The notes below the pieces were generated by a model. The model ran no database searches, had not been told where the DNA came from, and was given only the letters and a program-made list of their open reading frames with translations. From contig JBDRKO010000024.1 of the NCBI GenBank assembly GCA_043813915.1, positions 1 to 58,420 on the forward strand: a stretch of DNA of 58,420 bases, in the 5' to 3' direction. Below, piece after piece: positions 43,078 to 51,929 of this stretch; the first letter of the stretch is position 1, and the number at the start of each line of letters is the position of its first letter. The position numbers were made by a program, and so were the translations under genes. Source of the stretch: Candidatus Omnitrophota bacterium. GTDB lineage: Bacteria; Omnitrophota; Gorgyraeia; Tantalellales; Tantalellaceae.

Positions 43078-43962
43078 TTATCTTACCCGCATCCTTCTCT
43101 CCCTTGCGCGGAAAAACCGTACAAGAGGATCAACGTATGATCTGTTCGTTATGATATCCACACTGTCCACATTCACCGAGCGGAACATTTTTTTTCTCTC
43201 CTCGAATCTATCTGCGGCCTCTTTTCTGTAGTTTTCCCTCAGAACGTTATCCCCCGTATCCGCGTAGTATATCTCTCCCGTTTCCGCGTCCTCGAGCGTC
43301 ATGATGCCGGCTTCCGGAAGATCCTGTTCGGAAGGATCTATAATATTGACCGCGATAACATCATGTCTTTTATTGGTTATGGATAGTGTTTTTTTGAAAT
43401 CGGGCGCTAAGAAATCGGATACTAAAAATGTTATTGTCCTGCGTGTGGTCACGTTATTAAGATACTCCAATATGTTTTTTATGTCCGTCCCTTTTCCCTC
43501 TGGCTGGTTATATATGGCTTCCCGAACGACTCTCAGCACATGACGCAGTCCTTTTCTGGGCGGTATGAATTTCTCCACCCTGTCGGTGAAAGTTATCATA
43601 CCCACGTTATCGTTGTTCTGTATAGCGGAAAAAGCTATAACGGAACAGATCTCGGCGGCTATGTCCCTTTTAAGATGCGCGCCCGTTCCGAACAGGCAGG
43701 ACATTGATACGTCAAGCAGTATCATTATGGTAAGTTCTCTTTCTTCCGAGAATTTTTTGATGTACGGATGCCCCATCCGGGCGGTAACGTTCCAGTCTAT
43801 GGAACGTATCTCATCTCCCGGCATGTATTCACGTACTTCGTCGAACTCCATACCCACGCCTTTAAAAACGCTCTGATACTGTCCGGCGAAAATATCGGTC
43901 ACTTTGCGCGAAGTCGTGATCTGTATACGCCTTATTTTTTTGATTATATCTTTCGATATCAT
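43078..43962 (-). CDS. DUF58 domain protein (MoxR-operon partner)
   Basis: GQYQSVFKGVGMEFDEVREYMPGDEIRSIDWNVTAR is the canonical DUF58 motif. Confidence 0.85.
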   Translation of the reverse strand: MISKDIIKKIRRIQITTSRKVTDIFAGQYQSVFKGVGMEFDEVREYMPGDEIRSIDWNVTARMGHPYIKKFSEERELTIMILLDVSMSCLFGTGAHLKRDIAAEICSVIAFSAIQNNDNVGMITFTDRVEKFIPPRKGLRHVLRVVREAIYNQPEGKGTDIKNILEYLNNVTTRRTITFLVSDFLAPDFKKTLSITNKRHDVIAVNIIDPSEQDLPEAGIMTLEDAETGEIYYADTGDNVLRENYRKEAADRFEERKKMFRSVNVDSVDIITNRSYVDPLVRFFRARERRMRVR

Positions 43963-44351
43963 TTATTCGTGCCCCGTGACTCGGGACTGGTGTCCCGAGA
44001 AAGACTGTTAACAAGACTCATAAGCATACGCATCTCATGATTTAGATCTTCTATCAGTTCTTCTATTTTTTTATTTTTAACGTATTTCCTCTTATCACTA
44101 ATGATAAGTTGTGTCTCTAGCTCTGCGCACGACCCAAGAGAGAGACGCAAAAACTGTGTATATTCTTTCGTGTAATGCCTGACGAATCCCTCTGCAATGT
44201 TTGACGGAACAGAAACCGCTGCTCTTCGCATCTGACTGGTCAGACCATATAATTCACTTTTCGGAAAATCATCCGTGATGGTATATATCTTATCGGCGAT
44301 TTCAATTCCCTTCTGCCATATTTTTAAATCTTTGTAATCTTTTACCTTCAT
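43959..44351 (-). CDS. four-helix-bundle protein (23S rRNA intervening-sequence protein family)
   Basis: YKDLKIWQKGIEIADKIY..FPKSELYGLTSQMRRAAVSVPSNIAEGF..FLRLSLGSCAELETQL is the family signature. Start placed at ATG 44351 with GGAG upstream. The TGA overlaps the DUF58 ATG. The N-terminal extension in the ORF track, and the last ~13 codons of the ORF as listed here, read through heptamer arrays. Confidence 0.8.
   Translation of the reverse strand: MKVKDYKDLKIWQKGIEIADKIYTITDDFPKSELYGLTSQMRRAAVSVPSNIAEGFVRHYTKEYTQFLRLSLGSCAELETQLIISDKRKYVKNKKIEELIEDLNHEMRMLMSLVNSLSRDTSPESRGTNK
43966..44000. repeat. Heptamer array forming the 3' arm of the four-helix-bundle cassette
   Basis: TTCGTGC CCCGTGA CTCGGGA CTGGTGT CCCGAGA. 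Its reverse complement contains GTCCCGAGTCACG, which matches the other arm. Confidence 0.85.
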
Positions 44352-44367
44352 TTTTCTCCTCGCTAAC

Positions 44368-44402
44368 AAGTCACGAGTCACGAGTCACGCGTCCCGAGCC
44401 AC
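44368..44402. repeat. Heptamer array forming the 5' arm of the four-helix-bundle cassette
   Basis: AAGTCAC GAGTCAC GAGTCAC GCGTCCC GAGCCAC, starting 3 nt after the moxR stop codon. Confidence 0.85.
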
Positions 44403-44404
44403 GA

Positions 44405-45418
44405 TCAAGGAACTTCTATTTCCTCGAATATCCTTTTTATGATATCTTCGGATGTCTTGTCTTCTGCTTCGGCCTCATAGCTGGGAATAACTCTGTGTCT
44501 CAGTACATCCGGACCGATGGATTTCACATCCTGCGGAGTAACATATCCGCGCCCTTTTATGAACGCGTAAGCTTTTGCGGCGAGCACAAGGTTGATGCTC
44601 GCTCTCGGAGAAGCGCCGTATTCTATAAGGCCCTCCAGCTCGGACAAACCGTACTCCCCCGGTTTTCTGGTAGCAAAGACTATATCGAGTATGTATCTTT
44701 CTATTTTCTCGTCCAGGTATATTTCGTCGATCACTTTGCGCGCCTCGATTATCCTGTCGGGAGATATCACGGCCTTAATATCAAATTTTTTGTTCGTGAA
44801 AGCCATTTTCTTAAGTATCTCGTGTTCCTCTTCCTTGCTGGGATACCCTATGTTTATTTTGAGCATGAACCTGTCCACCTGAGCTTCAGGCAAAGGGTAG
44901 GTCCCTTCCTGCTCTATGGGATTCTGCGTCGCGAGCACCAAAAAAGGTTCTTCCATCATAAATGTCTTTTCCCCGATGGTCACCTGTCTTTCCTGCATTG
45001 CCTCAAGTAACGCGCTTTGGACCTTAGCCGGAGCCCTGTTTATCTCATCCGCGAGTATGATATTGGAAAATATAGGACCTTTTTTTGTGGTAAAAGTGCC
45101 GTCTTTGGGACTGTATACAAGGGTTCCTATCAGGTCAGCCGGCAAAAGGTCGGGTGTGAACTGAATACGCTGAAACCCTGTACTGATGGAGGCGGAAAGT
45201 ACTCTTACCGAGAGGGTCTTCGCGAGCCCGGGAACTCCCTCAATAAGAACATGGCCGTTGGCCAGAAGCCCGACCAAAAGACGTTCTATGAGGTACTCCT
45301 GTCCCACTATGAACTTTCTTATCTCGGATAATAGATCATCGATAAAAGCGCTTTCTTTTTTCACTTTCTCGTTTATTCCGGTTATACCTTCTGACATAGC
45401 GTTCCCCCTTTTTTTCAC
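44405..45418 (-). CDS. moxR: MoxR-family AAA+ ATPase
   Basis: Walker A region HVLIEGVPGLAKT, Walker B ILADEINRA, and the VLATQNPIEQEGTYPLPEAQVDRF motif typical of MoxR (AAA_3). Confidence 0.92.
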   Translation of the reverse strand: MKKRGNAMSEGITGINEKVKKESAFIDDLLSEIRKFIVGQEYLIERLLVGLLANGHVLIEGVPGLAKTLSVRVLSASISTGFQRIQFTPDLLPADLIGTLVYSPKDGTFTTKKGPIFSNIILADEINRAPAKVQSALLEAMQERQVTIGEKTFMMEEPFLVLATQNPIEQEGTYPLPEAQVDRFMLKINIGYPSKEEEHEILKKMAFTNKKFDIKAVISPDRIIEARKVIDEIYLDEKIERYILDIVFATRKPGEYGLSELEGLIEYGASPRASINLVLAAKAYAFIKGRGYVTPQDVKSIGPDVLRHRVIPSYEAEAEDKTSEDIIKRIFEEIEVP

Positions 45419-45469
45419 TAAAAAATATTACCTGCCCATTAAGAAAGACAAGCATATGATTTTAATTAT

Positions 45470-45499
45470 AATATACAACAGTTCCTATTGTTTGGTCAA
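45470..45499 (-). promoter_or_regulatory. Candidate sigma70-type promoter of the moxR/Bat operon
   Basis: The minus strand reads TTGACC (45499-45494), an 18-nt spacer, then TATATT (45475-45470). ~50 nt upstream of the moxR ATG. Confidence 0.4.
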
Positions 45500-45558
45500 G
45501 ATGGATAATGAACGCGCAGACAAGATCGGGAACGGGGACTTAACCGATCAGCGTTTTT

Positions 45559-46032
45559 TCAATAGATCTGTTTGTCCGGCAGGGATCGCCAGGTCTCAAA
45601 CAATTCACGGCATTCTTCGATCAAGCATCCGGGGTAGAGCTCTATCGAAGACCCTGAAAACGCCTTCATCTCGGCGGAGGATATGATCAGTTCATTGAAA
45701 CCCAATGCCTTTACGTCCAAAATGCTCGTGCCGTAAAAGATCTTGTTTATTTTGGCCCAGTGTATGGCGGAGAAGCACATCGGACAGGGTTCTGTTGTGG
45801 TATATATCACGCACCCCGAAAGATCATATTTTTTAAGCTCGCGTGAGGCCCGTGATATGGCCGATATTTCGGCATGCTGCGTAGGGTCGTTATTTTTGAT
45901 CACTCTATTGTGAGCCGCGGCCAGAGGCTTTCCGTTAAAGGCCACAACTGCGCCAAAAGGACCGCCGTCTCCCGAGCGTATGCCCTTTTCCGCTTCTTTT
46001 ATGGCCATCGTCATCAGTTCCCTGTCAGTCAT
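45559..46032 (-). CDS. guanine/nucleoside deaminase (CDA-fold zinc deaminase)
   Basis: GGPFGAVV, HAEISAI and PCPMC zinc motifs. Overall similarity to Bacillus GuaD-type guanine deaminases. Confidence 0.8.
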   Translation of the reverse strand: MTDRELMTMAIKEAEKGIRSGDGGPFGAVVAFNGKPLAAAHNRVIKNNDPTQHAEISAISRASRELKKYDLSGCVIYTTTEPCPMCFSAIHWAKINKIFYGTSILDVKALGFNELIISSAEMKAFSGSSIELYPGCLIEECRELFETWRSLPDKQIY

Positions 46033-46042
46033 CCCGGCCGCC

Positions 46043-46447
46043 TTAAATGTCTCTCGTATTTTTTAGTATCTCTTTAAGTTTTTTTTCTATCTTGTCCAAC
46101 CGCCATTCCAGAGACGACAATATCCAGAATTGAAAATGATTCAGTCTCATGTGGGATTCTAAAAAATATACTAGCTTAAGGGAAAGCAGGAGTATCCCGG
46201 CCTCGATCATGAAAAACCTTACCCTGCCTCCCCAAACTATGGACATAGTAAAAACGCCCAGGACCATAACTATAAATACAATGTTAACGATACGCGCGGT
46301 CTCGGACGGTATTCCACCTATCCTGCCTATTATGCGCCTTATTTTCTCCTTATCCTTCTCGAAACTCCGGATCTCGGATTCCAGTTCATCTTCTATGTGT
46401 TTTTGTCCGTCGCTGTCTTTGTCATGCATATTGATCCGCCTTTCCAT
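46043..46447 (-). CDS. hypothetical membrane protein
   Basis: Charged N-terminus, two TM helices (IVNIVFIVMVLGVFTMSIVW, FFMIEAGILLLSLKLVYFL) and a coiled C-terminus. Confidence 0.55.
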   Translation of the reverse strand: MERRINMHDKDSDGQKHIEDELESEIRSFEKDKEKIRRIIGRIGGIPSETARIVNIVFIVMVLGVFTMSIVWGGRVRFFMIEAGILLLSLKLVYFLESHMRLNHFQFWILSSLEWRLDKIEKKLKEILKNTRDI

Positions 46448-46543
46448 CTAAAACTTTTTACTACATGATCCCTATATATTTCATGTTTACGCTACGATTA
46501 TACTCTCTCTAACGGACCGCGGTCAAGTAGCGGCACTCTTCTT

Positions 46544-47278
46544 TCATATAACGAGAAGCCCTCCTCCATCAAAAAGAGGCAGTGTTTCCAGCGCCATATA
46601 TTTTTGCCCATGTTTTGAGAAAAATCTTTCTATCTCCCGGGCATTATGATGCTCCTTTATGTCTCCCATAAAGATAACACCGTCCTCCATCCCGCTCGTC
46701 GAGGCTCCCCCGATAAATCCATAAGCTTCGCCGGGCAATACCACTCCTCCGGGCGCTATGCGGATAACATCCTTTCCCGTCCCGCTCACAGCATCGGCTA
46801 TACCCATATCAGAAGTAATAACAGCATCTTCGTTCACGATGACCGCCGCGCATCGCGCGTACCCCTGTTTGATATTTATGAGCTTGAACCCTTTTTTTCT
46901 GGCCGTTTCCGTAATGACCGGGTCCGAATATTCAAGATTATGAAAGATCGTCTTACCCAAACATAGTACATTATATCCGGCCGTTCCGGGATATCTGCCC
47001 GAGGGTTTTTCCGAACCTTGTATAGTCTCTATACCGCTTTCTTTGAGACATTGTATATACTCATCCGGCAGTCCCGGAGCATGAATGGCGGTACATTTAT
47101 CGAGCCGGCAAAAAAAAATGTCGGGATGATGCAATATGGTCTCGTAGACCGCCTGGGCCGTTTCCGACTGACCGCTGTCAAAAGGCAACAGCTCCGCGTT
47201 CAACGAAAGCTTCCTTATCGCGTCAAGATATTTTAAGGGAACTCGTTTGTCATGCAATATCGTCATTTTGATACACAT
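46544..47278 (-). CDS. hypothetical protein (possibly amidinotransferase/GME-fold)
   Basis: Clean ORF. The 47299 ATG in the ORF track is the CATG centre of a palindrome, so a start at 47278 or 47266 is more likely. The family call is a weak recollection only. Confidence 0.45.
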   Translation of the reverse strand: MCIKMTILHDKRVPLKYLDAIRKLSLNAELLPFDSGQSETAQAVYETILHHPDIFFCRLDKCTAIHAPGLPDEYIQCLKESGIETIQGSEKPSGRYPGTAGYNVLCLGKTIFHNLEYSDPVITETARKKGFKLINIKQGYARCAAVIVNEDAVITSDMGIADAVSGTGKDVIRIAPGGVVLPGEAYGFIGGASTSGMEDGVIFMGDIKEHHNAREIERFFSKHGQKYMALETLPLFDGGGLLVI

Positions 47279-47284
47279 AGATCG

Positions 47285-47312
47285 GTAGAGGCGCGGCATG
47301 CCGCGGGCCTAC
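47285..47312. repeat. Diverged copy of the GC-rich palindrome family (GTAGAGGCGCGGCATGCCGCGGGCCTAC)
   Basis: The core CGCGGCATGCCGCG is a perfect 14-bp palindrome. It overlaps the radical SAM stop codon and creates a spurious ATG at 47299. Confidence 0.8.
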
Positions 47313-48370
47313 GTAGTAAGCACATTTTCGGCTATATCTTTTCTTTCCAATAATATTTTCTTTTTTCCGTCCGAAAGCAGAATAGATCCCCTTTTCAATC
47401 CGTCGTCCCGTCGGATATTTTCTTTACCGGTTATTTTTAATATTTCTTCCGCGTTCTCTTTCTCAAACCCGTAAAAAGCCGCTTCGTCCCGTCCGTTATA
47501 CCATACGTTTATATCCTTTTTTATCACGGGTAGATAAGATCCTATCTTTTTGAGCATAATATTGAATATAAGGCTCTCAGCTTTTAGCCTAAAAGCCGCA
47601 TGGAACGGTCCAGCAAGTATTTCTTCTCCCGACAAAAGCCCTTCGGAAGGATGAAGCCCGCATTTGATCACCTTTATACCCTTCGCGTCAAAATACAATA
47701 TAAGCCGCGCGGAACGTTCCACGGCTTCTCGCTCCTCCAAAGGAGCATATTCCTTCCTTCTCCACATTTCCGCCATGCCGGTATTTTTTATCACAAGCGC
47801 CGGATATATCCTCACTTCTTCCGCGCCTAGTTCTGACGCGGCCCGGGCCGTGAGACACTCATCTTCCCAAGTGCTCAGCGGAAGACCCAGCATCATCTGA
47901 TGTCCCAGGACAAGCCCTTCGCTTTTTATTATCCTTGAAGCGTTCTCTATATCATTGCGTGTATATCCCCGTCTGGAAGCTTCCAGCACCTTATCGGATA
48001 CCGACTGAACCCCCAGCTCGACGCATCTAAGGCCATATCCCATGAGGGTCTCGAGCCACTTCTTGCTTACAAGATCCGGACGCGTCGAGATCCTTATGCC
48101 TTTTATCTTTCCCGCGTCTATATATTTTTTTACGGGTCTTACGAAAGACAATTGTTCGTCATGTTCAAGTCCCGTAAACGTCCCTCCAAAGAACCCTACT
48201 TCTATATGCGAATCGGCGCTGATAGTGGAAAGATACTCGTCTATTCTCGGCTGAACGTCAGAAGGTCCATCTGAGATCTTACCCGTTATATTTTTTTGGT
48301 CGCAGAATATGCACTTGAAAGGGCATCCTCTGTGAAGGATAAAAAATGGGATGGTATAGTGTTTTGTCAT
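47309..48370 (-). CDS. radical SAM protein (ELP3-like core, no acetyltransferase domain)
   Basis: CPFKCIFC (CxxxCxxC) near the N-terminus, then GGTFT, ISTRPD and ELGVQS motifs. Confidence 0.8.
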   Translation of the reverse strand: MTKHYTIPFFILHRGCPFKCIFCDQKNITGKISDGPSDVQPRIDEYLSTISADSHIEVGFFGGTFTGLEHDEQLSFVRPVKKYIDAGKIKGIRISTRPDLVSKKWLETLMGYGLRCVELGVQSVSDKVLEASRRGYTRNDIENASRIIKSEGLVLGHQMMLGLPLSTWEDECLTARAASELGAEEVRIYPALVIKNTGMAEMWRRKEYAPLEEREAVERSARLILYFDAKGIKVIKCGLHPSEGLLSGEEILAGPFHAAFRLKAESLIFNIMLKKIGSYLPVIKKDINVWYNGRDEAAFYGFEKENAEEILKITGKENIRRDDGLKRGSILLSDGKKKILLERKDIAENVLTT

Positions 48371-48399
48371 AAGTCAGTAGGGGCACCCCACCTCGCACA

Positions 48400-48996
48400 T
48401 TACGTGCTCGGCGCCTCAGGCTTACAATGATCCAACAGGTCCGATCCTAATTTTTTGAAAAGCTCTCCCAGTTTTATCATCGGAAGGCCCAATATATTAA
48501 AATACGATCCTTCTATATTATCGAAGATCAATGACCCGACTCCTTCTATAGAGAAACCGCCCGCCTTATCGTACGGTCCAAGGAGATCGAATATCTTTTC
48601 TATCTCTTCTTCATTCAAGGCAACGATCTTCAAAGAGCTCTTTTCAAAATCTACAGCGCGTTTTCCGTCTTTTATTACACATAGCCCCGTGTAGACCTCG
48701 GCCTCACTGCCAGATAAGCGTCCCAGCACAGCTCTCGCTTCGGTTTCATCCGCCGGTTTTCCGATGATCTCACCCCTATTGAGAACAAGCGTGTCGGCCC
48801 CTATTATTATGCTTCCTCCGTCGGAGGTAACAGTTTCGGCCTTTCTTTCCGCATTAGCACATACTATATCCGCAATATACATATTCCCGCCGGAGATCTC
48901 TTTTACCCCCGTTCTTATGACCTCGTGGCTTATCCCACATTCCGCCAGGATACGCGACCTTCTTTCGGATGCAGATGCTAAGATTATCTTTTCCAT
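48400..48996 (-). CDS. maf: Maf-family nucleoside triphosphate pyrophosphatase
   Basis: IILASASERRSRIL, IIGADTLV and KAGGFSIEG motifs. Confidence 0.9.
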   Translation of the reverse strand: MEKIILASASERRSRILAECGISHEVIRTGVKEISGGNMYIADIVCANAERKAETVTSDGGSIIIGADTLVLNRGEIIGKPADETEARAVLGRLSGSEAEVYTGLCVIKDGKRAVDFEKSSLKIVALNEEEIEKIFDLLGPYDKAGGFSIEGVGSLIFDNIEGSYFNILGLPMIKLGELFKKLGSDLLDHCKPEAPST

Positions 48997-49021
48997 ACTT
49001 ACCTCCGTATGACGATACTTC

Positions 49022-50065
49022 TTAGGACGGATCGTTGAGGATCAGTTTCCCGTCACATAGTTCCAACTTATCCATGAATGCTTTGAACCCGGCCGTGCCG
49101 TCTCCCGCCTGATATTTTTTCATAATATCGTTCTTGTTCTTGTATTTATTAAAATACCATATCAGATGCTTATACATCCTTTTTTTTGTCATTATCTCAT
49201 TATAGAACCTAAGACATATTTCATAGTGTTCTATTATGACCGCCTTTAGGTCATTGAACGTCATTTCCGCAGCTTTCCCTTCCCTTATTGACCCTTTTTT
49301 GATGTCGTCGAATATCCAAGGACATCCCAACGCGCCTCTTGCGATGAATACCGCGTCACACCCGGTTGAGATCAGAACATCCTCCGCGTCCTTTGCGTTG
49401 AATATGTTCCCGCTGGCGATCACCGGTATTCTTACCGTTCCTTTAACTCTTAAGGTCAAATTGTGATCCGCTTTTCCTTTATACATCTGTTCTTTGGTGC
49501 GCGGGTGTATGCCTATAGCATCCGCCCCTGCTGACTCCAGGGCCTTTGCCATTTCGACGCAGTTGATGCTGCTCTGATCCCATCCGCTCCTTATCTTTAC
49601 GGTCACGGATATATTAAGTGCGGCTTTCAGTCCGGCTACGATCCCAGCAAGTTTTTTTATATCTTTCATCAGCGCCGACCCTTTTCCTCCTTTAACTACT
49701 TTTCGGGCCGGGCATCCCGCATTGATATCAAGCAGCTTGAATCCTCTTCCTTCGCATATTTTTCCTACTTTTATGAACTTTTTAACATCCTCACCTACCA
49801 GCTGGACACCCAAAGGAAGGTCTTCGGGAATACGCTCCATCATATCAAATGTCTTGTGACTGTTATAGATGATACCATTGACATCTATCATTTCCGTAAA
49901 AGCGAATCCGCATCCGTATTTTCTGGTCATAAGACGAAAAGGTATGTCCGTTATTCCCGACATAGGGGCTAGAACGGCTTTTGATCTTATCATGGTTCCT
50001 ATGGGATCTTCTTCGGAAAATTGATATCTATTGATTGTCGGATGGTCTTTTTTGTTTTTTTTCAC
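49022..50065 (-). CDS. tRNA-dihydrouridine synthase
   Basis: LAPMSGITDIPFR, DINAGCPARKV, IHPRT and VIASGNI motifs of the Dus family. Confidence 0.9.
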   Translation of the reverse strand: MKKNKKDHPTINRYQFSEEDPIGTMIRSKAVLAPMSGITDIPFRLMTRKYGCGFAFTEMIDVNGIIYNSHKTFDMMERIPEDLPLGVQLVGEDVKKFIKVGKICEGRGFKLLDINAGCPARKVVKGGKGSALMKDIKKLAGIVAGLKAALNISVTVKIRSGWDQSSINCVEMAKALESAGADAIGIHPRTKEQMYKGKADHNLTLRVKGTVRIPVIASGNIFNAKDAEDVLISTGCDAVFIARGALGCPWIFDDIKKGSIREGKAAEMTFNDLKAVIIEHYEICLRFYNEIMTKKRMYKHLIWYFNKYKNKNDIMKKYQAGDGTAGFKAFMDKLELCDGKLILNDPS

Positions 50066-50117
50066 CTTGCGAGTTCTTTGGTTAGGTCTTTTTAGACCGT
50101 GGTTGTAACAGCATTAC

Positions 50118-51755
50118 CTATATCTCCAGACCTTTTTGTCTCATCATAACTTCTTTCATCAAATAGTCCGCTATTTTTTTATATTCCAACTGGCCTACCA
50201 GGTGTCTTGATCCCCTATTTTCCATGACCGGAATATAGTCAACCCCTGTTTGCCGGAACATATCTATAGCCATTCTTAGGTCATCCTCGGCATACACTAC
50301 AGCATTGATATCCCGAACAAGATCCCCGGCCAGGATAAGAGAGTCCATCTGTTCTTCATAAAGCGTATCTCTCATTTCTCCCAACAATATTATCCCTATA
50401 AAATCACCTTTCATATCCACGACCGGAAAATTATATGCTTCGCTTTTTTTCATAATATCTATTATCTGATGTAAATTATTGTTTTCACGGATAAGGAAGA
50501 AGTCCTCTCCCATCACATCCTTCACCTTATGTTCGTCTATTATGTCATCTTCCGTAACGTTCCTGTTCATCTCATCGGCTCTCTTTATCCCGTACCTTAT
50601 CATCGAAGGAGCCACAAGCTGAAGTATAAAAGTCGTAGCCGTGATAATGCTTATTATGAGTATACTCGCGCTCTTCGCCTCATCGTTTATCCCGCTGAAA
50701 GAAGTGAACACCGCTATGGAGAGGCCCACGGCCACTCCCGCCTGGTCGAATAGGCAAAAACCCAGATATTTTGTCACGGTATCCCGCGCGCCCGATATTT
50801 TCCCGCCTATATACGCCCCCACCATCTTTCCCGCGCTTCTGCTGACTATATAGACTACCGCCAGCAGAACCACTCCGCTTTGCGCAAATATCGAAGCATT
50901 AAGCCGCGCTCCCACAAGCACAAAGAACAATATAAATATGGGAGGACTGAGTCTTTTAATGACTTCGAACATTTCCCTGTTATCCGCCGGCTGAAGGTTC
51001 GAAACCACGGCACCAAGGACCATAGATGCTAATATCGGGTCCACCTTAAAATGCAAAGCAAGTCCCACAACTAAAATTATCGTCCCTAAAGCGAACGGAA
51101 GTATCCGGTCTCTTTCCCGCGCTTTAATGGAGATTTTATGAAGAACTATTCCCGCTATTGCCCCGATACCGACAGATACCGCTATTTCAATAAGAGGGAC
51201 AGCCAGTGTTTTAATGAGCGACGGCGTGTCATGTACTATCAGAGATCTTGCGAATACACTCGCAAAACCGTATATTATAAGCGCGAGCGCGTCATCCAGA
51301 GCCACTATGGATAAGGTCGTCATAGTAACAGGGCCTCTGGCCTTATACTCTCCCAGAACTCCGTAGGTAGCCGCGGGGGCCGTTGCGGAAGCAAGAGCTC
51401 CCAGTATAAACCCCATGTATAATTTTCCGGTAACGAGGATGGTCCCGGCGGCCACCAGAACAAAGGTCAACAGGGTTTCACAGAAAAGTATTGCATATAT
51501 GGATTTGCTGTAGCGCCTGAACCTGTCCAAACGGATCTCGGCGCCGATCATGAACCCTATGATCCCCAGGGCCAAGTTCAATAACGGCGCAAAAGAAGCC
51601 ATTATCTCTCCACACAAAAACCCGTGGAAGGATTCTCCCAGCAAGAGACCTATGATGATATATCCGGTGACTTGGGGTAGATTTAGTTTTTTGAATATAC
51701 GCCCGCCGATGGTACCTAAGAGTATTATGAGACCTATAACGAGAAGTAAGTTCAT
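50118..51755 (-). CDS. CPA2-type cation:proton antiporter with C-terminal CBS-domain pair
   Basis: ~12 TM helices with an N-terminus like Kef/NapA (LLLVIGLIILLGTIGGRIFKKLNLPQVTGYI). The C-terminal ~150 aa carry two CBS-like repeats. Start placed at ATG 51755. Confidence 0.85.
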   Translation of the reverse strand: MNLLLVIGLIILLGTIGGRIFKKLNLPQVTGYIIIGLLLGESFHGFLCGEIMASFAPLLNLALGIIGFMIGAEIRLDRFRRYSKSIYAILFCETLLTFVLVAAGTILVTGKLYMGFILGALASATAPAATYGVLGEYKARGPVTMTTLSIVALDDALALIIYGFASVFARSLIVHDTPSLIKTLAVPLIEIAVSVGIGAIAGIVLHKISIKARERDRILPFALGTIILVVGLALHFKVDPILASMVLGAVVSNLQPADNREMFEVIKRLSPPIFILFFVLVGARLNASIFAQSGVVLLAVVYIVSRSAGKMVGAYIGGKISGARDTVTKYLGFCLFDQAGVAVGLSIAVFTSFSGINDEAKSASILIISIITATTFILQLVAPSMIRYGIKRADEMNRNVTEDDIIDEHKVKDVMGEDFFLIRENNNLHQIIDIMKKSEAYNFPVVDMKGDFIGIILLGEMRDTLYEEQMDSLILAGDLVRDINAVVYAEDDLRMAIDMFRQTGVDYIPVMENRGSRHLVGQLEYKKIADYLMKEVMMRQKGLEI

Positions 51756-51792
51756 AATTTCACCGTATGAAGTATGGATTATGTCGCATGCC

Positions 51793-51929
51793 GTGAACAA
51801 CGAATGGTGAATGGTGAACGATAACCTGTTACCTGTGCCCTTGGGACACCTTTGCAGAATTTATGCTATTAAACTATTCAACTTTTTTACTACCCACTAC
51901 GAACTCCCAACTACGAACTACTAACTATT
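51793..51929. repeat. Two unrelated heptamer arrays flanking a 46-nt spacer
   Basis: 51793-51841 GTGAACA ACGAATG GTGAATG GTGAACG ATAACCT GTTACCT GTGCCCT. 51888-51929 TACTACC CACTACG AACTCCC AACTACG AACTACT AACTATT, the same word family as 25148 and 55711. Confidence 0.85.

Noticed and set aside
36349-45418. The MoxR/DUF58/VWA/TPR/BatD/BatE gene string as a novel system
   Set aside because: This is the known Bat (Bacteroides aerotolerance-type) MoxR-VWA operon in canonical order. Only the inserted four-helix-bundle cassette is unusual, and that is reported separately.
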